Origin: an uncultured Muribaculaceae bacterium
GTDB taxonomy: Bacteria; Bacillota_I; Bacilli_A; RF39; UBA660
DNA length: 55,246 nucleotides
Assembly (NCBI GenBank): GCA_964371745.1
Contig: CAYJNS010000001.1
Location: 1-55,246 of the forward strand
Direction of reading: 5' to 3'
Shown here piece by piece: positions 10,181-19,831 of this stretch; the first letter of the stretch is position 1, and every line of letters starts with the position of its first letter. The translations under genes were made by a program, and so were the position numbers. The notes under the pieces are model-generated. The model saw only the letters and a program-made list of their open reading frames with translations. It was not told the origin of the DNA and did not search any database.

Positions 10181-10966
10181 ATGTCAAAAATAATATCGCT
10201 TGTAAATCAAAAAGGTGGAGTTGGAAAAACAACTTCTAGTATAAATTTAGCTGCCGCTTTAGGGCAATTAGGTCAAAAAGTATTAGTTATAGATATGGAT
10301 CCTCAAAGTAATGCTACAACAGGACTTGGTTTATCATCATCAGATTTTAATAGTGATATTTATGAAGTTATAACTGGACAAACTGAAATAAAAAAAGGTA
10401 TTAAGAAAACTAAATTTAAAAATTTAAGTATTATACCTGCAACTTTAAATTTAGCGGGTGTTGATGTTGAGTTTGTAAAAAAAATGCTTGAAGATAAAAC
10501 ATTTAAACAAAATGAGCAATTAAAAATGCTATTAGAAGATGTTAAAGAAAATTATGATTATATTATAATAGATTGCCAGCCGTCCTTAGGAATAATTACA
10601 ATGAATGCTCTTGTAGCAAGTGATTCAGTTATTATACCAGTGCAGTGTGAATACCTTGCTTTAGAAGGTATAACTCAGTTATTAAATTCAGTTATTATGG
10701 TTCAAAATAATATGAATCCTAACTTAAGAATTGAAGGAGTCCTTCTTACTATGTTTGATGGAAGAACCAATATAGCTCTTGAAATAGTGGAAGAAATAAG
10801 AGGATACTTTAAAGATAAAGTGTTTAATACAATAATTCCGAGATTAGTAAGGTTAGTAGAAGCACCATCACATGGTAAACCAATAAATGAATATGATCCA
10901 TCGTGTAGAGCATCTGAGGCTTATTCAAATTTAGCAAAGGAAGTGGTTGAAAGAAATGGACAATAA
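10181..10966 (+). CDS. parA: ParA/Soj chromosome partitioning ATPase
   Basis: NQKGGVGKTT deviant Walker A, DMDPQ.NAT, and IIIDCQPSLG. Confidence 0.9.
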   Translation: MSKIISLVNQKGGVGKTTSSINLAAALGQLGQKVLVIDMDPQSNATTGLGLSSSDFNSDIYEVITGQTEIKKGIKKTKFKNLSIIPATLNLAGVDVEFVKKMLEDKTFKQNEQLKMLLEDVKENYDYIIIDCQPSLGIITMNALVASDSVIIPVQCEYLALEGITQLLNSVIMVQNNMNPNLRIEGVLLTMFDGRTNIALEIVEEIRGYFKDKVFNTIIPRLVRLVEAPSHGKPINEYDPSCRASEAYSNLAKEVVERNGQ

Positions 10967-11828
10967 GAAAAAAGCTTTAGGTAAAGGTTTAGAACAATTA
11001 TTTGCCAATAATGCTATTAATTTTGAAACAGTTGAAAATAAAATAATAGAAGATGCAAATGAAAGTGATATAACAGAAGTTAATTTAGGGGAAATAAGAA
11101 GTAATCCATATCAACCTAGAAAAGTATTTGATGAAGTGGCGTTAAATGAGCTTGCCCAATCAATAAAAGAGTTTGGAGTAATACAACCAGTTATTCTTAA
11201 AAAAAGTGTTAAAGGTTATGAACTTATTGCCGGTGAAAGAAGATGTAAAGCATCTAAAATAGCTGGTAAGGAAAAGGTTCCGGCAATTATTAAAGATTTT
11301 ACTGATGGAGATATGATGGAAATTGCTCTTTTAGAAAATGTTCAAAGAGAGGATTTAAATCCTATTGAAGTAGCCAATTCTATAAATGAAATTATTAAAC
11401 TACGTAATTTAACTCAAGAAGATTTTGCAAAAAAATTTGGTAAAAGTAGAAGTTATATAACAAATTTACTTGGACTTCTTAGGTTACCTGATAATGTAAA
11501 AGATTTAGTATCAGATAAAAAAATATCGATGAGTCATGCTAAAATATTAAGTAAGATTGATGATAATGAAAAAATACAAGATTTAGCAAAAAAAATAATA
11601 AGTGAAGATCTAAGTGTTCATGATTTAGAAAAGTTAATTAATACTCAAAGTTCTAAAGTAGTAAGTTATAAAGAAGTGTTTGAAAAATATAAATTATATG
11701 AAAACCTAGTTAGTGATCATTTAAATGAAAAAGTAAAAATTTCTAAAAATAAAATTGAAATTAAATTTGCTGACGAAGAAGATTTACTTAGAATATTAAA
11801 TATTATGAGTGTAAAGGTAGATGATTAG
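10956..11828 (+). CDS. parB: ParB/Spo0J chromosome partitioning protein
   Basis: LGKGLEQLF, NPYQPRK.F, GVIQPV..K....YELIAGERR and the HTH region match ParB. ATG 10956 is preferred to the track TTG 10947 on RBS spacing. Confidence 0.9.
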   Translation: MDNKKKALGKGLEQLFANNAINFETVENKIIEDANESDITEVNLGEIRSNPYQPRKVFDEVALNELAQSIKEFGVIQPVILKKSVKGYELIAGERRCKASKIAGKEKVPAIIKDFTDGDMMEIALLENVQREDLNPIEVANSINEIIKLRNLTQEDFAKKFGKSRSYITNLLGLLRLPDNVKDLVSDKKISMSHAKILSKIDDNEKIQDLAKKIISEDLSVHDLEKLINTQSSKVVSYKEVFEKYKLYENLVSDHLNEKVKISKNKIEIKFADEEDLLRILNIMSVKVDD

Positions 11829-11830
11829 AA

Positions 11831-12022
11831 ATGGATAAATCATTTTCATTATATGATAAAGTAATAATGAAAAAACCACATGCTTGTGGTGAAAATATGT
11901 GGACAATTACTAGAGTCGGTGCAGATATCAAAATTAAGTGTGATAATTGTTCTCGTGAAATTATGTTAGATAGATTAGATTTTATAAAAAAACTAAAGAA
12001 GGTGATTATAAATGAAAAGTAG
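11831..12022 (+). CDS. DUF951 family small protein (YyzM-like)
   Basis: 63 aa. KKPHACGENMWTITRVGADIKIKCDNCSR fits my memory of the DUF951 pattern. Position next to parB/ychF is as in Bacillus. Confidence 0.7.
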   Translation: MDKSFSLYDKVIMKKPHACGENMWTITRVGADIKIKCDNCSREIMLDRLDFIKKLKKVIINEK

Positions 12023-13544
12023 AAAAAAAATAAGTATTCATCCAGTAATGACATATATTCTATTATGTCTTATAGTTGTTTTAATTAGTTTTGTATTATC
12101 AATATTTAATTCACAATCTACTTATAGTGTATATTCGTTAGTAACTGAAGATTATTCGCCAGTTACTGAATCTGTTTTATCGCTTTTTAATTTAAGTGGT
12201 ATTAAATATGTATTTACTAATTCTGTATCTAATTTTGCAAATTTTACAGTACTAACTAATTTAATTATTATATTAATAGGTATTGGAATAATGGACAAAA
12301 GTGGGTTTTTACAAACATCAGTAACATTACTTACTAAAAGAGCTAAAAAAACAACTGTTACCTTCGGTATAATATTAACTTGTTTAATAGCGAGTATAAT
12401 AGGCGACTTAGCCTATATTATATTTATACCATTAACTGCTTTGTTTTTCTATTATGGTAAAAGAAATCCTTTTATTGGTATAATCGCATCATTTGGTGCA
12501 CTTACATGTGGAACAGGACTATCTGTTGCATTTACTGCAATAGATTCAACACTTAGAAATAGTACATTATTAAATGCTAGTTCACTTCACCCTAATTATA
12601 GTTTTGAAGTATGGTCATTAATTATTATAAATGTACTATTAATATTAGTAACAGCATTTTTCTTAACAAGAGTTACAGAAAATTATGTTGCTAAAAAATT
12701 ACCAAAATATGAATTTAGTGAATCAGCTTTAGAAGAAGATATAGTTACAAGAAAAGAATCAAAAGGAATGCTTTTAGCATGTATGGCTGGTATAGGATAT
12801 ATTTTAATTATTGTTTATAATATAATACCAGGATTACCTTTTTCAGGTAATTTACTAGATAATTCACAACTTTTATATATTGATAAGTTATTTAGTTATG
12901 AATCATTTTTCTCTAATGGTTTTGTATTTATAGTAGCTATTTTATTTATAGTATTAGGTTTAGTATATGGCATAGGATCTGGATCAATTAAAAATAATCG
13001 TGATGTAGTTGATGGACTTGGACATTCTCTTGATGGAATTGGTAAAACCCTTTTACTAATATTTATAGCGGCTACATTTATTAGTATATTTAAACAAACT
13101 AATATTGGTAATATGATTGTTGTATCATTATCAAATGTAATAGTGGACTCAGGATTTACTGGTCTGCCGCTTGTACTACTGTTATTTTTCATATCTATAA
13201 TAGCAACACTGGTAGTACCATCATCTATTATCAAATGGCCTATAATAGCTTCAACTGCAATACCCGCATTTATGAACTCTGGTTTAACACCTGAATTTGG
13301 ACAAATGGTATTTAGAATGGGTGAATCAGTATCTATGGGTCTTACTCCACTTTTATCATATTTTATAATATATTTAGCATATGTTGAAAAGTATGATCAA
13401 ACAGGTAAAGGAATAAGCATATTAAAAGCAATTAAATTACAGCTTCCATATTCGCTAGTAATGTTAGCAATATTCTTAATAATAATTATTTTCTTCTTTG
13501 TTACTAACTTACCATTAGGAATAGGTGGAACTGTGGCTTTATAA
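12012..13544 (+). CDS. AbgT-family (p-aminobenzoyl-glutamate-type) transporter
   Basis: 510 aa polytopic protein. It is colinear with E. coli AbgT as I recall it: HP..TYILL N-terminus, a GxGxxxKSG-like block, G.RNP..GI.A.F....G, and a PLGIGG tail. Confidence 0.7.
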   Translation: MKSRKKISIHPVMTYILLCLIVVLISFVLSIFNSQSTYSVYSLVTEDYSPVTESVLSLFNLSGIKYVFTNSVSNFANFTVLTNLIIILIGIGIMDKSGFLQTSVTLLTKRAKKTTVTFGIILTCLIASIIGDLAYIIFIPLTALFFYYGKRNPFIGIIASFGALTCGTGLSVAFTAIDSTLRNSTLLNASSLHPNYSFEVWSLIIINVLLILVTAFFLTRVTENYVAKKLPKYEFSESALEEDIVTRKESKGMLLACMAGIGYILIIVYNIIPGLPFSGNLLDNSQLLYIDKLFSYESFFSNGFVFIVAILFIVLGLVYGIGSGSIKNNRDVVDGLGHSLDGIGKTLLLIFIAATFISIFKQTNIGNMIVVSLSNVIVDSGFTGLPLVLLLFFISIIATLVVPSSIIKWPIIASTAIPAFMNSGLTPEFGQMVFRMGESVSMGLTPLLSYFIIYLAYVEKYDQTGKGISILKAIKLQLPYSLVMLAIFLIIIIFFFVTNLPLGIGGTVAL

Positions 13545-13552
13545 ATTAGAGT

Positions 13553-13580
13553 AGTAAGTGCATATGCACTTACTATTTTT
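13553..13580 (+). terminator. Intrinsic terminator after the transporter gene
   Basis: agtaagtgca/tgcacttact perfect 10-bp stem followed by aTTTTT. Confidence 0.7.
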
Positions 13581-13647
13581 AATTAAACAAAAACACTTTA
13601 AAAAACTGTAATTTTAAAGTATAATAATAAAGAAAAGAGGAATTAAT

Positions 13648-14748
13648 ATGAGTTTACAAGCAGGAATAGTAGGTTTGCCTAATGTTGGTAAGTCAACACT
13701 TTTTAACGCTATTACTAAAAAAAATATATTGGCAGCAAATTATCCATTTGCAACTATTGAACCAAACGTAGGAGTAGTACCAGTACCAGATAAAAGACTA
13801 GACTATTTAAAAGAAATGTATAATCCAAAATCATTTGTACCAACATCTTTTGAATTTATTGATATAGCAGGGCTTGTTGAAGGAGCATCTTCTGGTGAAG
13901 GTCTTGGTAATAAATTTTTATCACATATTAGAAATGTAGACGCTATAGTACATGTTGTAAGATGTTTTGATGATAAAAATATTACTCATGTAACAGGTAC
14001 AACTAATCCTATAAAAGATATTGAAATAATAAATGTAGAACTTATATTATCAGATTTAGAAATAGTAGATAATAGATTACAAAAGATAGAAAAAAAAGCT
14101 GAAACTACAAAAGATAAAGATGCCTTAGCAGAAGTTAAAATACTTAAAACATTTAAAGTGTGTCTTGAAAAAAATTTATCTTTAAGAACACTAGAACTAA
14201 GCACTGATGATTTAGAACGTATTAAAAACTTTAATTTTATCACACTAAAAAAAGTAATATATGCAGCTAATGTAGATGAAGATACTATAGCACTAGGTGA
14301 TAATGATTATACTAAAGAAGTAAAAGAATACGCTAAAGGCGAAAACTCTGGAGTAATTGTAATGTGTGCAAAATTAGAATCAGATTTAGCTTCACTTGAA
14401 GAAGATGAAAAACAAGATTTCTTAGACTCGCTAGGTATTACTAATAGTGGATTAGACAACCTTATATTTGCTAGTTATGACTTACTAGGTTTAGCAACAT
14501 TTTTCACATCAGGTACTGATGAAGTAAGAGCTTGGACATTTATTAAAGGATCTAAATCTCCAAAGTGTGCTGGTATTATTCACTCAGATATTGAAAGAGG
14601 TTTTATTAGAGCTGAAGTAACATCATTTACAGATTTAGAAAAATATGGTTCTGAAAAAGCTGTTCAAGAGGCAGGAAAACTTAGAATTGAAGGAAAAGAA
14701 TATCTAATGCAAGATGGAGACATATGTTATTTTAGATTTAATGTATAA
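13648..14748 (+). CDS. ychF: Redox-regulated ATPase YchF (Obg-family GTPase)
   Basis: GIVGLPNVGKSTLFNA, DIAGLV.GAS.GEGLGN.FL, and C-terminal TGS/YchF motif RAWT...G..AP.AAG.IHSD-like. Confidence 0.95.
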   Translation: MSLQAGIVGLPNVGKSTLFNAITKKNILAANYPFATIEPNVGVVPVPDKRLDYLKEMYNPKSFVPTSFEFIDIAGLVEGASSGEGLGNKFLSHIRNVDAIVHVVRCFDDKNITHVTGTTNPIKDIEIINVELILSDLEIVDNRLQKIEKKAETTKDKDALAEVKILKTFKVCLEKNLSLRTLELSTDDLERIKNFNFITLKKVIYAANVDEDTIALGDNDYTKEVKEYAKGENSGVIVMCAKLESDLASLEEDEKQDFLDSLGITNSGLDNLIFASYDLLGLATFFTSGTDEVRAWTFIKGSKSPKCAGIIHSDIERGFIRAEVTSFTDLEKYGSEKAVQEAGKLRIEGKEYLMQDGDICYFRFNV

Positions 14749-14750
14749 TA

Positions 14751-14778
14751 AATTTTGTGTTTTGTAGAACACAAAATT
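14751..14778. repeat. Hairpin repeat copy 1 (aattttgtgtt-ttgtag-aacacaaaatt)
   Basis: 11-bp perfect inverted repeat with a 6-nt loop, 3 nt after the ychF stop. It is followed by an A-run rather than a T-run. Confidence 0.8.
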
Positions 14779-14790
14779 ACAAAAAAAACT

Positions 14791-14817
14791 AATTTTGTGT
14801 TTTGTAGAACACAAAAT
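14791..14817. repeat. Hairpin repeat copy 2 (identical 27 nt)
   Basis: Exact direct repeat of copy 1, 40 bp downstream. It ends 2 nt before the -35 of the next promoter. Confidence 0.8.
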
Positions 14818-14819
14818 CA

Positions 14820-14848
14820 TTGACATATGTTATTTAATATTATATAAT
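14820..14848 (+). promoter_or_regulatory. Perfect-consensus sigma-A-type promoter (TTGACA-17-TATAAT)
   Basis: TTGACA at 14820-14825, a 17-nt spacer, and TATAAT at 14843-14848. GAGGGA RBS and ATG 14872 lie downstream. Confidence 0.7.
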
Positions 14849-14871
14849 ATTTTTATAAAAGAGGGATCATT

Positions 14872-16071
14872 ATGATTAAAAGAGAATTATATTTAAATAA
14901 AATACGTGGTTTTTATGATAAAGATTTAATTAAAGTTATTACTGGTATAAGGCGTTGTGGTAAATCACTTCTTCTAAAACAAATAATGGAAGAATTAACT
15001 CAAAATGGCGTAGAAAAAAAGCAAATAATCTATATTAATTTTGAATTTAAAGATTATTCATTTATTAAAAATGATGATGATTTACATGAATATATTAAAA
15101 AACTTATTATAACTGATAAAAAGTATTATTTATTATTTGATGAAATTCAAATGATTGAAAATTTTGAACGAGCTATAAATTCATTTAAAGCATCGTTAAA
15201 TGTTTCGATTTTTATAACCGGATCTAATAGTAATTTATTATCAGGAGAACTTGCTACACTTCTTTCTGGTAGATATGTAAGTTTTAATATGTACCCATTT
15301 TCTTTTAAAGAAGTAACTTTATTAAAACCAAATGATAATATAGATAAATTATTTGAAGATTTTATTACTTGGGGATCTTTACCTCAAAAATATGATATGG
15401 ATGATGAATTTCAAACTAGAACATATTTACACGATGTTTTTAATACAATAATTATAAAAGATATTATAAATAGATATAGTATAAAAGATATTGATTTATT
15501 TAATAAAATAGTAGAGTACATATTTACAAATCCATCACAGATTTTCTCAGCAGAAAATTTAACAAAATATTTATTAAATAATGATAATAAAGAGGTATCT
15601 AACAAGACGATATATAACTATTTAGAATATATGAAGCATGCGTTTTTAATTAATAAAGTGGATAGATATGATGTTAGGGGAAAACGTATATTAAATGGAA
15701 AATATAAATATTACCTAACAGATTTAGGTTTAGGACAAATATTAAATTCTTCAAAAAAAAGACAAAACGGTGCTTATTTAGAAAATATTGTGTATAATGA
15801 ATTATTAATTAGAGGTTATGATGTTAAAATAGGAACACTTATTAATGGAGAAATAGATTTTATAGCCACAAAATTTGATAAAAAAATATATATTCAAGTA
15901 GCGTATATATTAACAGATGAAAATGTTATTAATAGAGAATTTGGTGCATTTGATAATATTAATGATAATTATGATAAATACGTATTAACACTAGATACAC
16001 TTAATTTTTCTCAAAATGGTGTTATACATAAAAATGTTATAGATTGGTTATTAGAAGAAGAATTATACTAA
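14872..16071 (+). CDS. AAA_14 + DUF4143 family ATPase
   Basis: Y....I..........I.GIRRCGKSLL Walker A, LLFDEIQ Walker B, and a C-terminal DUF4143-like region with a restriction-endonuclease-like tail (GEIDFI...IQV). Confidence 0.8.
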   Translation: MIKRELYLNKIRGFYDKDLIKVITGIRRCGKSLLLKQIMEELTQNGVEKKQIIYINFEFKDYSFIKNDDDLHEYIKKLIITDKKYYLLFDEIQMIENFERAINSFKASLNVSIFITGSNSNLLSGELATLLSGRYVSFNMYPFSFKEVTLLKPNDNIDKLFEDFITWGSLPQKYDMDDEFQTRTYLHDVFNTIIIKDIINRYSIKDIDLFNKIVEYIFTNPSQIFSAENLTKYLLNNDNKEVSNKTIYNYLEYMKHAFLINKVDRYDVRGKRILNGKYKYYLTDLGLGQILNSSKKRQNGAYLENIVYNELLIRGYDVKIGTLINGEIDFIATKFDKKIYIQVAYILTDENVINREFGAFDNINDNYDKYVLTLDTLNFSQNGVIHKNVIDWLLEEELY

Positions 16072-16086
16072 GTATAGTTCTTTTTT
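16058..16086 (+). terminator. Intrinsic terminator of the ATPase gene
   Basis: aagaattatac-taa-gtatagttctt stem (one G-U pair) overlapping the stop, then T-run. Confidence 0.6.
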
Positions 16087-16242
16087 CATTTACGATTAAA
16101 TTTCTTTCAACTTAATCGTGATTGAAAAACCAAGTATAAATAGATATTTTTTGTTTACACTTATATATTCGTATGGTTAACAAGTTAATATATAATAAGT
16201 AAATTTATATGTAATTAGTTAATAATCATATTTTATAATCCG

Positions 16243-16272
16243 AAAGTTATTTTGATACATCAAAATAACTTT
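16243..16272. promoter_or_regulatory. Perfect 30-bp palindrome (aaagttattttgat-ac-atcaaaataacttt), candidate operator
   Basis: 14+14 perfect inverted repeat lying 23 bp upstream of the -35 of the 16351 gene. No flanking U-tail in either orientation. Confidence 0.5.
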
Positions 16273-16294
16273 ACACTAAAAAAAGATAATTTGC

Positions 16295-16323
16295 TTTACA
16301 AAAATTATCTTTTTTTGTATAAT
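16295..16323 (+). promoter_or_regulatory. Candidate promoter of the 16351 gene (TTTACA-17-TATAAT)
   Basis: The hexamers and 17-nt spacing were read directly. They are embedded in the loop and 3' arm of the hairpin aagataattt/aaattatctt (16283-16311). AGGTAGGAG RBS follows. Confidence 0.5.
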
Positions 16324-16350
16324 TATTACATAAGGTAGGAGACTAATACT

Positions 16351-17850
16351 ATGAAAAATATATTTAAATCTAAAAGAAATATTATGTTATTTATATTAGG
16401 TATACTAATAATAGGATTAGTGGCATTTACTATTACATATGCTTATGTTTCAGCAAATGCATCAGAACCTACTAAAACAGATGTAAATGTTACAGGTGAA
16501 GCATTACATGATTTATCATTTACTAGTGGTGATCCTCTTAATATATCACCTGGATCGCATAATTTAAATGATGCAAGCGGTAACTTAGTATCAACAACTA
16601 CAACTACTGCTACTCTTGTTAATAATGCATTAGAAGAAAGTGTAGTAGCGCAGGCTAACTATAGTTTATATTTACAAATAAATACTAATACATATGAATA
16701 CTCTACAGGTGATAGAAAAATACCCGAAATGATTTTAACTATTACAGATCCAAATGGAGACCTAGTAACAGAAAATGATTATTTTGATTATGTTTCAACA
16801 GCAAACTATGGAGATTATTTAGTACCAAATAATACTGAAGGCTTTGCAATAACAGGTTTTGATATAACTGAAGGAACAATTATTATACCAATAGTAGAAA
16901 ACTATCAAATAGATGCAGCAACAACTACTAATCATGAATGGACTATAACACTATCATTTATGAACTTAGATGAAGATCAATCAATTAATGCAGAAAAAAC
17001 ACTTGATGCAGAAATATTAATTCAAAAAACACCTATACCAACACTAGCATCTACTTTAATAGATACTCATTATCATGATACAGGTCTTTATCAACATACA
17101 ACAGAACTTGCTAATGGAGCAGGCGATGACAACTATAGATATTCAGGAAGTAATTCTATAGTAAATAAAAACTGGGTATGTTTTGGTAGTGATGCAGATG
17201 TTTGTCCAGATGCTAATAAATATAGAATAATAGGCATATTTGATGGAAATGTAAAATTAATTAAACAATTATCTATTGGAGCTATGAAGTGGGATTTAAA
17301 TGATGCGAAATGGGAAGGTGCCAATACTTCTTCTTTAGCAGTGGGTGTTGCAGATGATGCAGATATAAATAAATATTTAAATACAACTTTTTATAATAGT
17401 TTTAGTGATAAATATAAAGAAATTATATATCAGCAAAAACTATACATAGGTTATAATACAAATTTTCAATTATATGTGAAGCAGTATTTTGATTTAGAAA
17501 TTGTTGATCAAACTGTAAATAAATATAATATAGGATTAATGTATATTAGTGATTATGCTTGGAGCACAACAAAAAATTATTGGAAAACCACATTAAATTA
17601 TTATGGTGATGCGACATTAAGAGCTAATAATTGGCTATATTCAGGGATAACAGAATGGACAATTATTCCTAGAGGTTCTCAATTTATGATGCGTATAAAT
17701 TCTAATGGGTATCTTGATGCTTGGAATAGTCATGCTACCAATATTGGATATGCAGTCGGAGTTAGGCCATCATTTTACCTCAAATCAAACACAAGAATTG
17801 AATCTGGAACGGGAACATCTTCTGATCCATTTAGACTAATGTCTTGGTAA
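16351..17850 (+). CDS. Family-A anchored protein, copy A1: shared N-module + DUF6273-like head
   Basis: K-rich N-terminus and a TM helix ending TYAYV. N-module motifs are PEMILTITDPNGDLVT, ITGFDIT, HEWTITLSFMNLDEDQ. The head has YRIIGIF.GNVKLI, INKYLNTTFYNSF and GVRPSFYLK...GTGTSSDPF. Confidence 0.7.
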   Translation: MKNIFKSKRNIMLFILGILIIGLVAFTITYAYVSANASEPTKTDVNVTGEALHDLSFTSGDPLNISPGSHNLNDASGNLVSTTTTTATLVNNALEESVVAQANYSLYLQINTNTYEYSTGDRKIPEMILTITDPNGDLVTENDYFDYVSTANYGDYLVPNNTEGFAITGFDITEGTIIIPIVENYQIDAATTTNHEWTITLSFMNLDEDQSINAEKTLDAEILIQKTPIPTLASTLIDTHYHDTGLYQHTTELANGAGDDNYRYSGSNSIVNKNWVCFGSDADVCPDANKYRIIGIFDGNVKLIKQLSIGAMKWDLNDAKWEGANTSSLAVGVADDADINKYLNTTFYNSFSDKYKEIIYQQKLYIGYNTNFQLYVKQYFDLEIVDQTVNKYNIGLMYISDYAWSTTKNYWKTTLNYYGDATLRANNWLYSGITEWTIIPRGSQFMMRINSNGYLDAWNSHATNIGYAVGVRPSFYLKSNTRIESGTGTSSDPFRLMSW

Positions 17851-17859
17851 ATAACATAA

Positions 17860-18468
<609 letters not shown>

Positions 18469-18552
18469 CTTATAAAAATGATTCATCTCAGTTTTATGAA
18501 AATAAAATTACTGAAAAAGATGTACCGTTTGTACATTTCTTTGTTGTTTTAC

Positions 18553-18581
18553 TTGCTATTAAAAGTATTATTTGTTATAAT
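18553..18581 (+). promoter_or_regulatory. Candidate rpsF operon promoter (TTGCTA-17-TGtTATAAT)
   Basis: Hexamers, 17-nt spacer and extended -10 TG were read directly, about 70 nt upstream of rpsF. Confidence 0.6.
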
Positions 18582-18649
18582 ACTATCGAGTAATTACATT
18601 ACTCCTTGCTTTATTTTCATATAAAGCCAAATGACCAAAAGGAGGTGAA

Positions 18650-18943
18650 ATGATGACTAAATATGAAATCATGTTCATTGTTAAAACTAATATGGAAGAT
18701 GATGCAATTAAAAAGATTGCTGATAATGCTAAAGCTTTAATTAATGGGGATTCTAAAGTTATCGAATTTAAGGACTTAGGTAAGAAAAAACTTGCTTATG
18801 AAATTAAAAAAGAAGTTCAAGGTGCATACTATTTAATGATAGTTGAAGCTAGCCATGAAGTTATCAAAGAATTCGATCGTAAATGTTTAATAAATGAAAA
18901 CATACTAAGACACTTAGTAATAAAATTAGAAGGTGAAAAATAA
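18650..18943 (+). CDS. rpsF: 30S ribosomal protein S6
   Basis: YEIMFIV...W(D)LGKKKLAYEIKK...GAYYLM matches S6; AAGGAGGTG RBS. Confidence 0.95.
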   Translation: MMTKYEIMFIVKTNMEDDAIKKIADNAKALINGDSKVIEFKDLGKKKLAYEIKKEVQGAYYLMIVEASHEVIKEFDRKCLINENILRHLVIKLEGEK

Positions 18944-19410
18944 TGAATAAAGTTATATTAATGGGAAGATTTACTAGAGATCCTGAATCAAGAACAACAT
19001 CAGCAGGTTTAGAAGTAGCAAGGTTTAGTCTTGCTTGTAATGGAGAATTTGTTAATAAAAATGGAGAAAGAGAAGCAGAATTTATAAATTGTGTAGCCTT
19101 TGGTAATACTGCAAGCACACTTAATAAATTTTGTCATAAAGGTGATTTGATTTCTGCTGTAGGTAGAATTCGTAATGGTAGTTATGATGCTCAAGACGGA
19201 AGTAAAAGATATACAACTGATGTAATAGTTGAAAACTTTGAATTTACTTCATCAAGAGGTGGTAATAATAATCATTCACAAGCATCTAATTATGATAATC
19301 CATCATTTGATGTTCCAGCTCCTAAAGTTGAAACTACTGATGTGTCAAATGATCCATATAAAGATTTTAGTGAAGAAATTACACTATCTAGTGATGATTT
19401 ACCATTTTAA
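18943..19410 (+). CDS. ssb: Single-stranded DNA-binding protein
   Basis: MNKVILMGRFTRDPE OB-fold N-terminus, a low-complexity linker, and an acidic DDLPF tip. Confidence 0.95.
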   Translation: MNKVILMGRFTRDPESRTTSAGLEVARFSLACNGEFVNKNGEREAEFINCVAFGNTASTLNKFCHKGDLISAVGRIRNGSYDAQDGSKRYTTDVIVENFEFTSSRGGNNNHSQASNYDNPSFDVPAPKVETTDVSNDPYKDFSEEITLSSDDLPF

Positions 19411-19435
19411 TTAATTAAAGAAAGGAAGATTAATA

Positions 19436-19651
19436 ATGGCTGAATTTTATCGTAAAAAGAAAAAAATATGTCAAATGTGTGCTGGAAAGTCACTTAATTA
19501 TAAAGATGTACCTATCATATTAAAATATGTTAGTGAGAAAGGTAAAATATTACCTAGAAGAATGAGCGGAGCTTGTGCTAAGCATCAAAGACATATTGCA
19601 ACTCAAGTTAAATATGCAAGATTTATGGCTTTAATACCATATGTAAAGTAG
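19436..19651 (+). CDS. rpsR: 30S ribosomal protein S18
   Basis: YKDV..L.KYVSEKGKILPRR.SG.CAKHQR.IA..VK.AR.MAL.PY matches S18. Confidence 0.95.
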   Translation: MAEFYRKKKKICQMCAGKSLNYKDVPIILKYVSEKGKILPRRMSGACAKHQRHIATQVKYARFMALIPYVK

Positions 19652-19672
19652 TACTTAGTACTATTTTTTTTT
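19649..19672 (+). terminator. Short hairpin plus T9 after rpsR
   Basis: tagtact-t-agtacta followed by nine T. Confidence 0.5.
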
Positions 19673-19682
19673 GCTTTATTTT

Positions 19683-19704
19683 ATTTCGGTATTCCAAAAT
19701 AAAA
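19683..19704. repeat. 22-bp motif copy B (atttcggtattccaaaataaaa)
   Basis: 18/22 identical to copy C and related to the core of the palindrome at 16250-16271. Confidence 0.5.
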
Positions 19705-19721
19705 CTTAAAAAAAGAAATTA

Positions 19722-19743
19722 GTTTCGATACACCAAAATAAAA
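19722..19743. repeat. 22-bp motif copy C (gtttcgatacaccaaaataaaa)
   Basis: 17/22 identical to 16250-16271 (attttgatacatcaaaataact). Lies 39 bp from copy B, upstream of the 19832 gene. Confidence 0.5.
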
Positions 19744-19831
19744 TTTTGTAATAATATATAAGATAAATAAGTATTTTTCTTGCATTAAATAGATACAAAT
19801 GATATTATAATTTATAATTACTGGAGGCATT

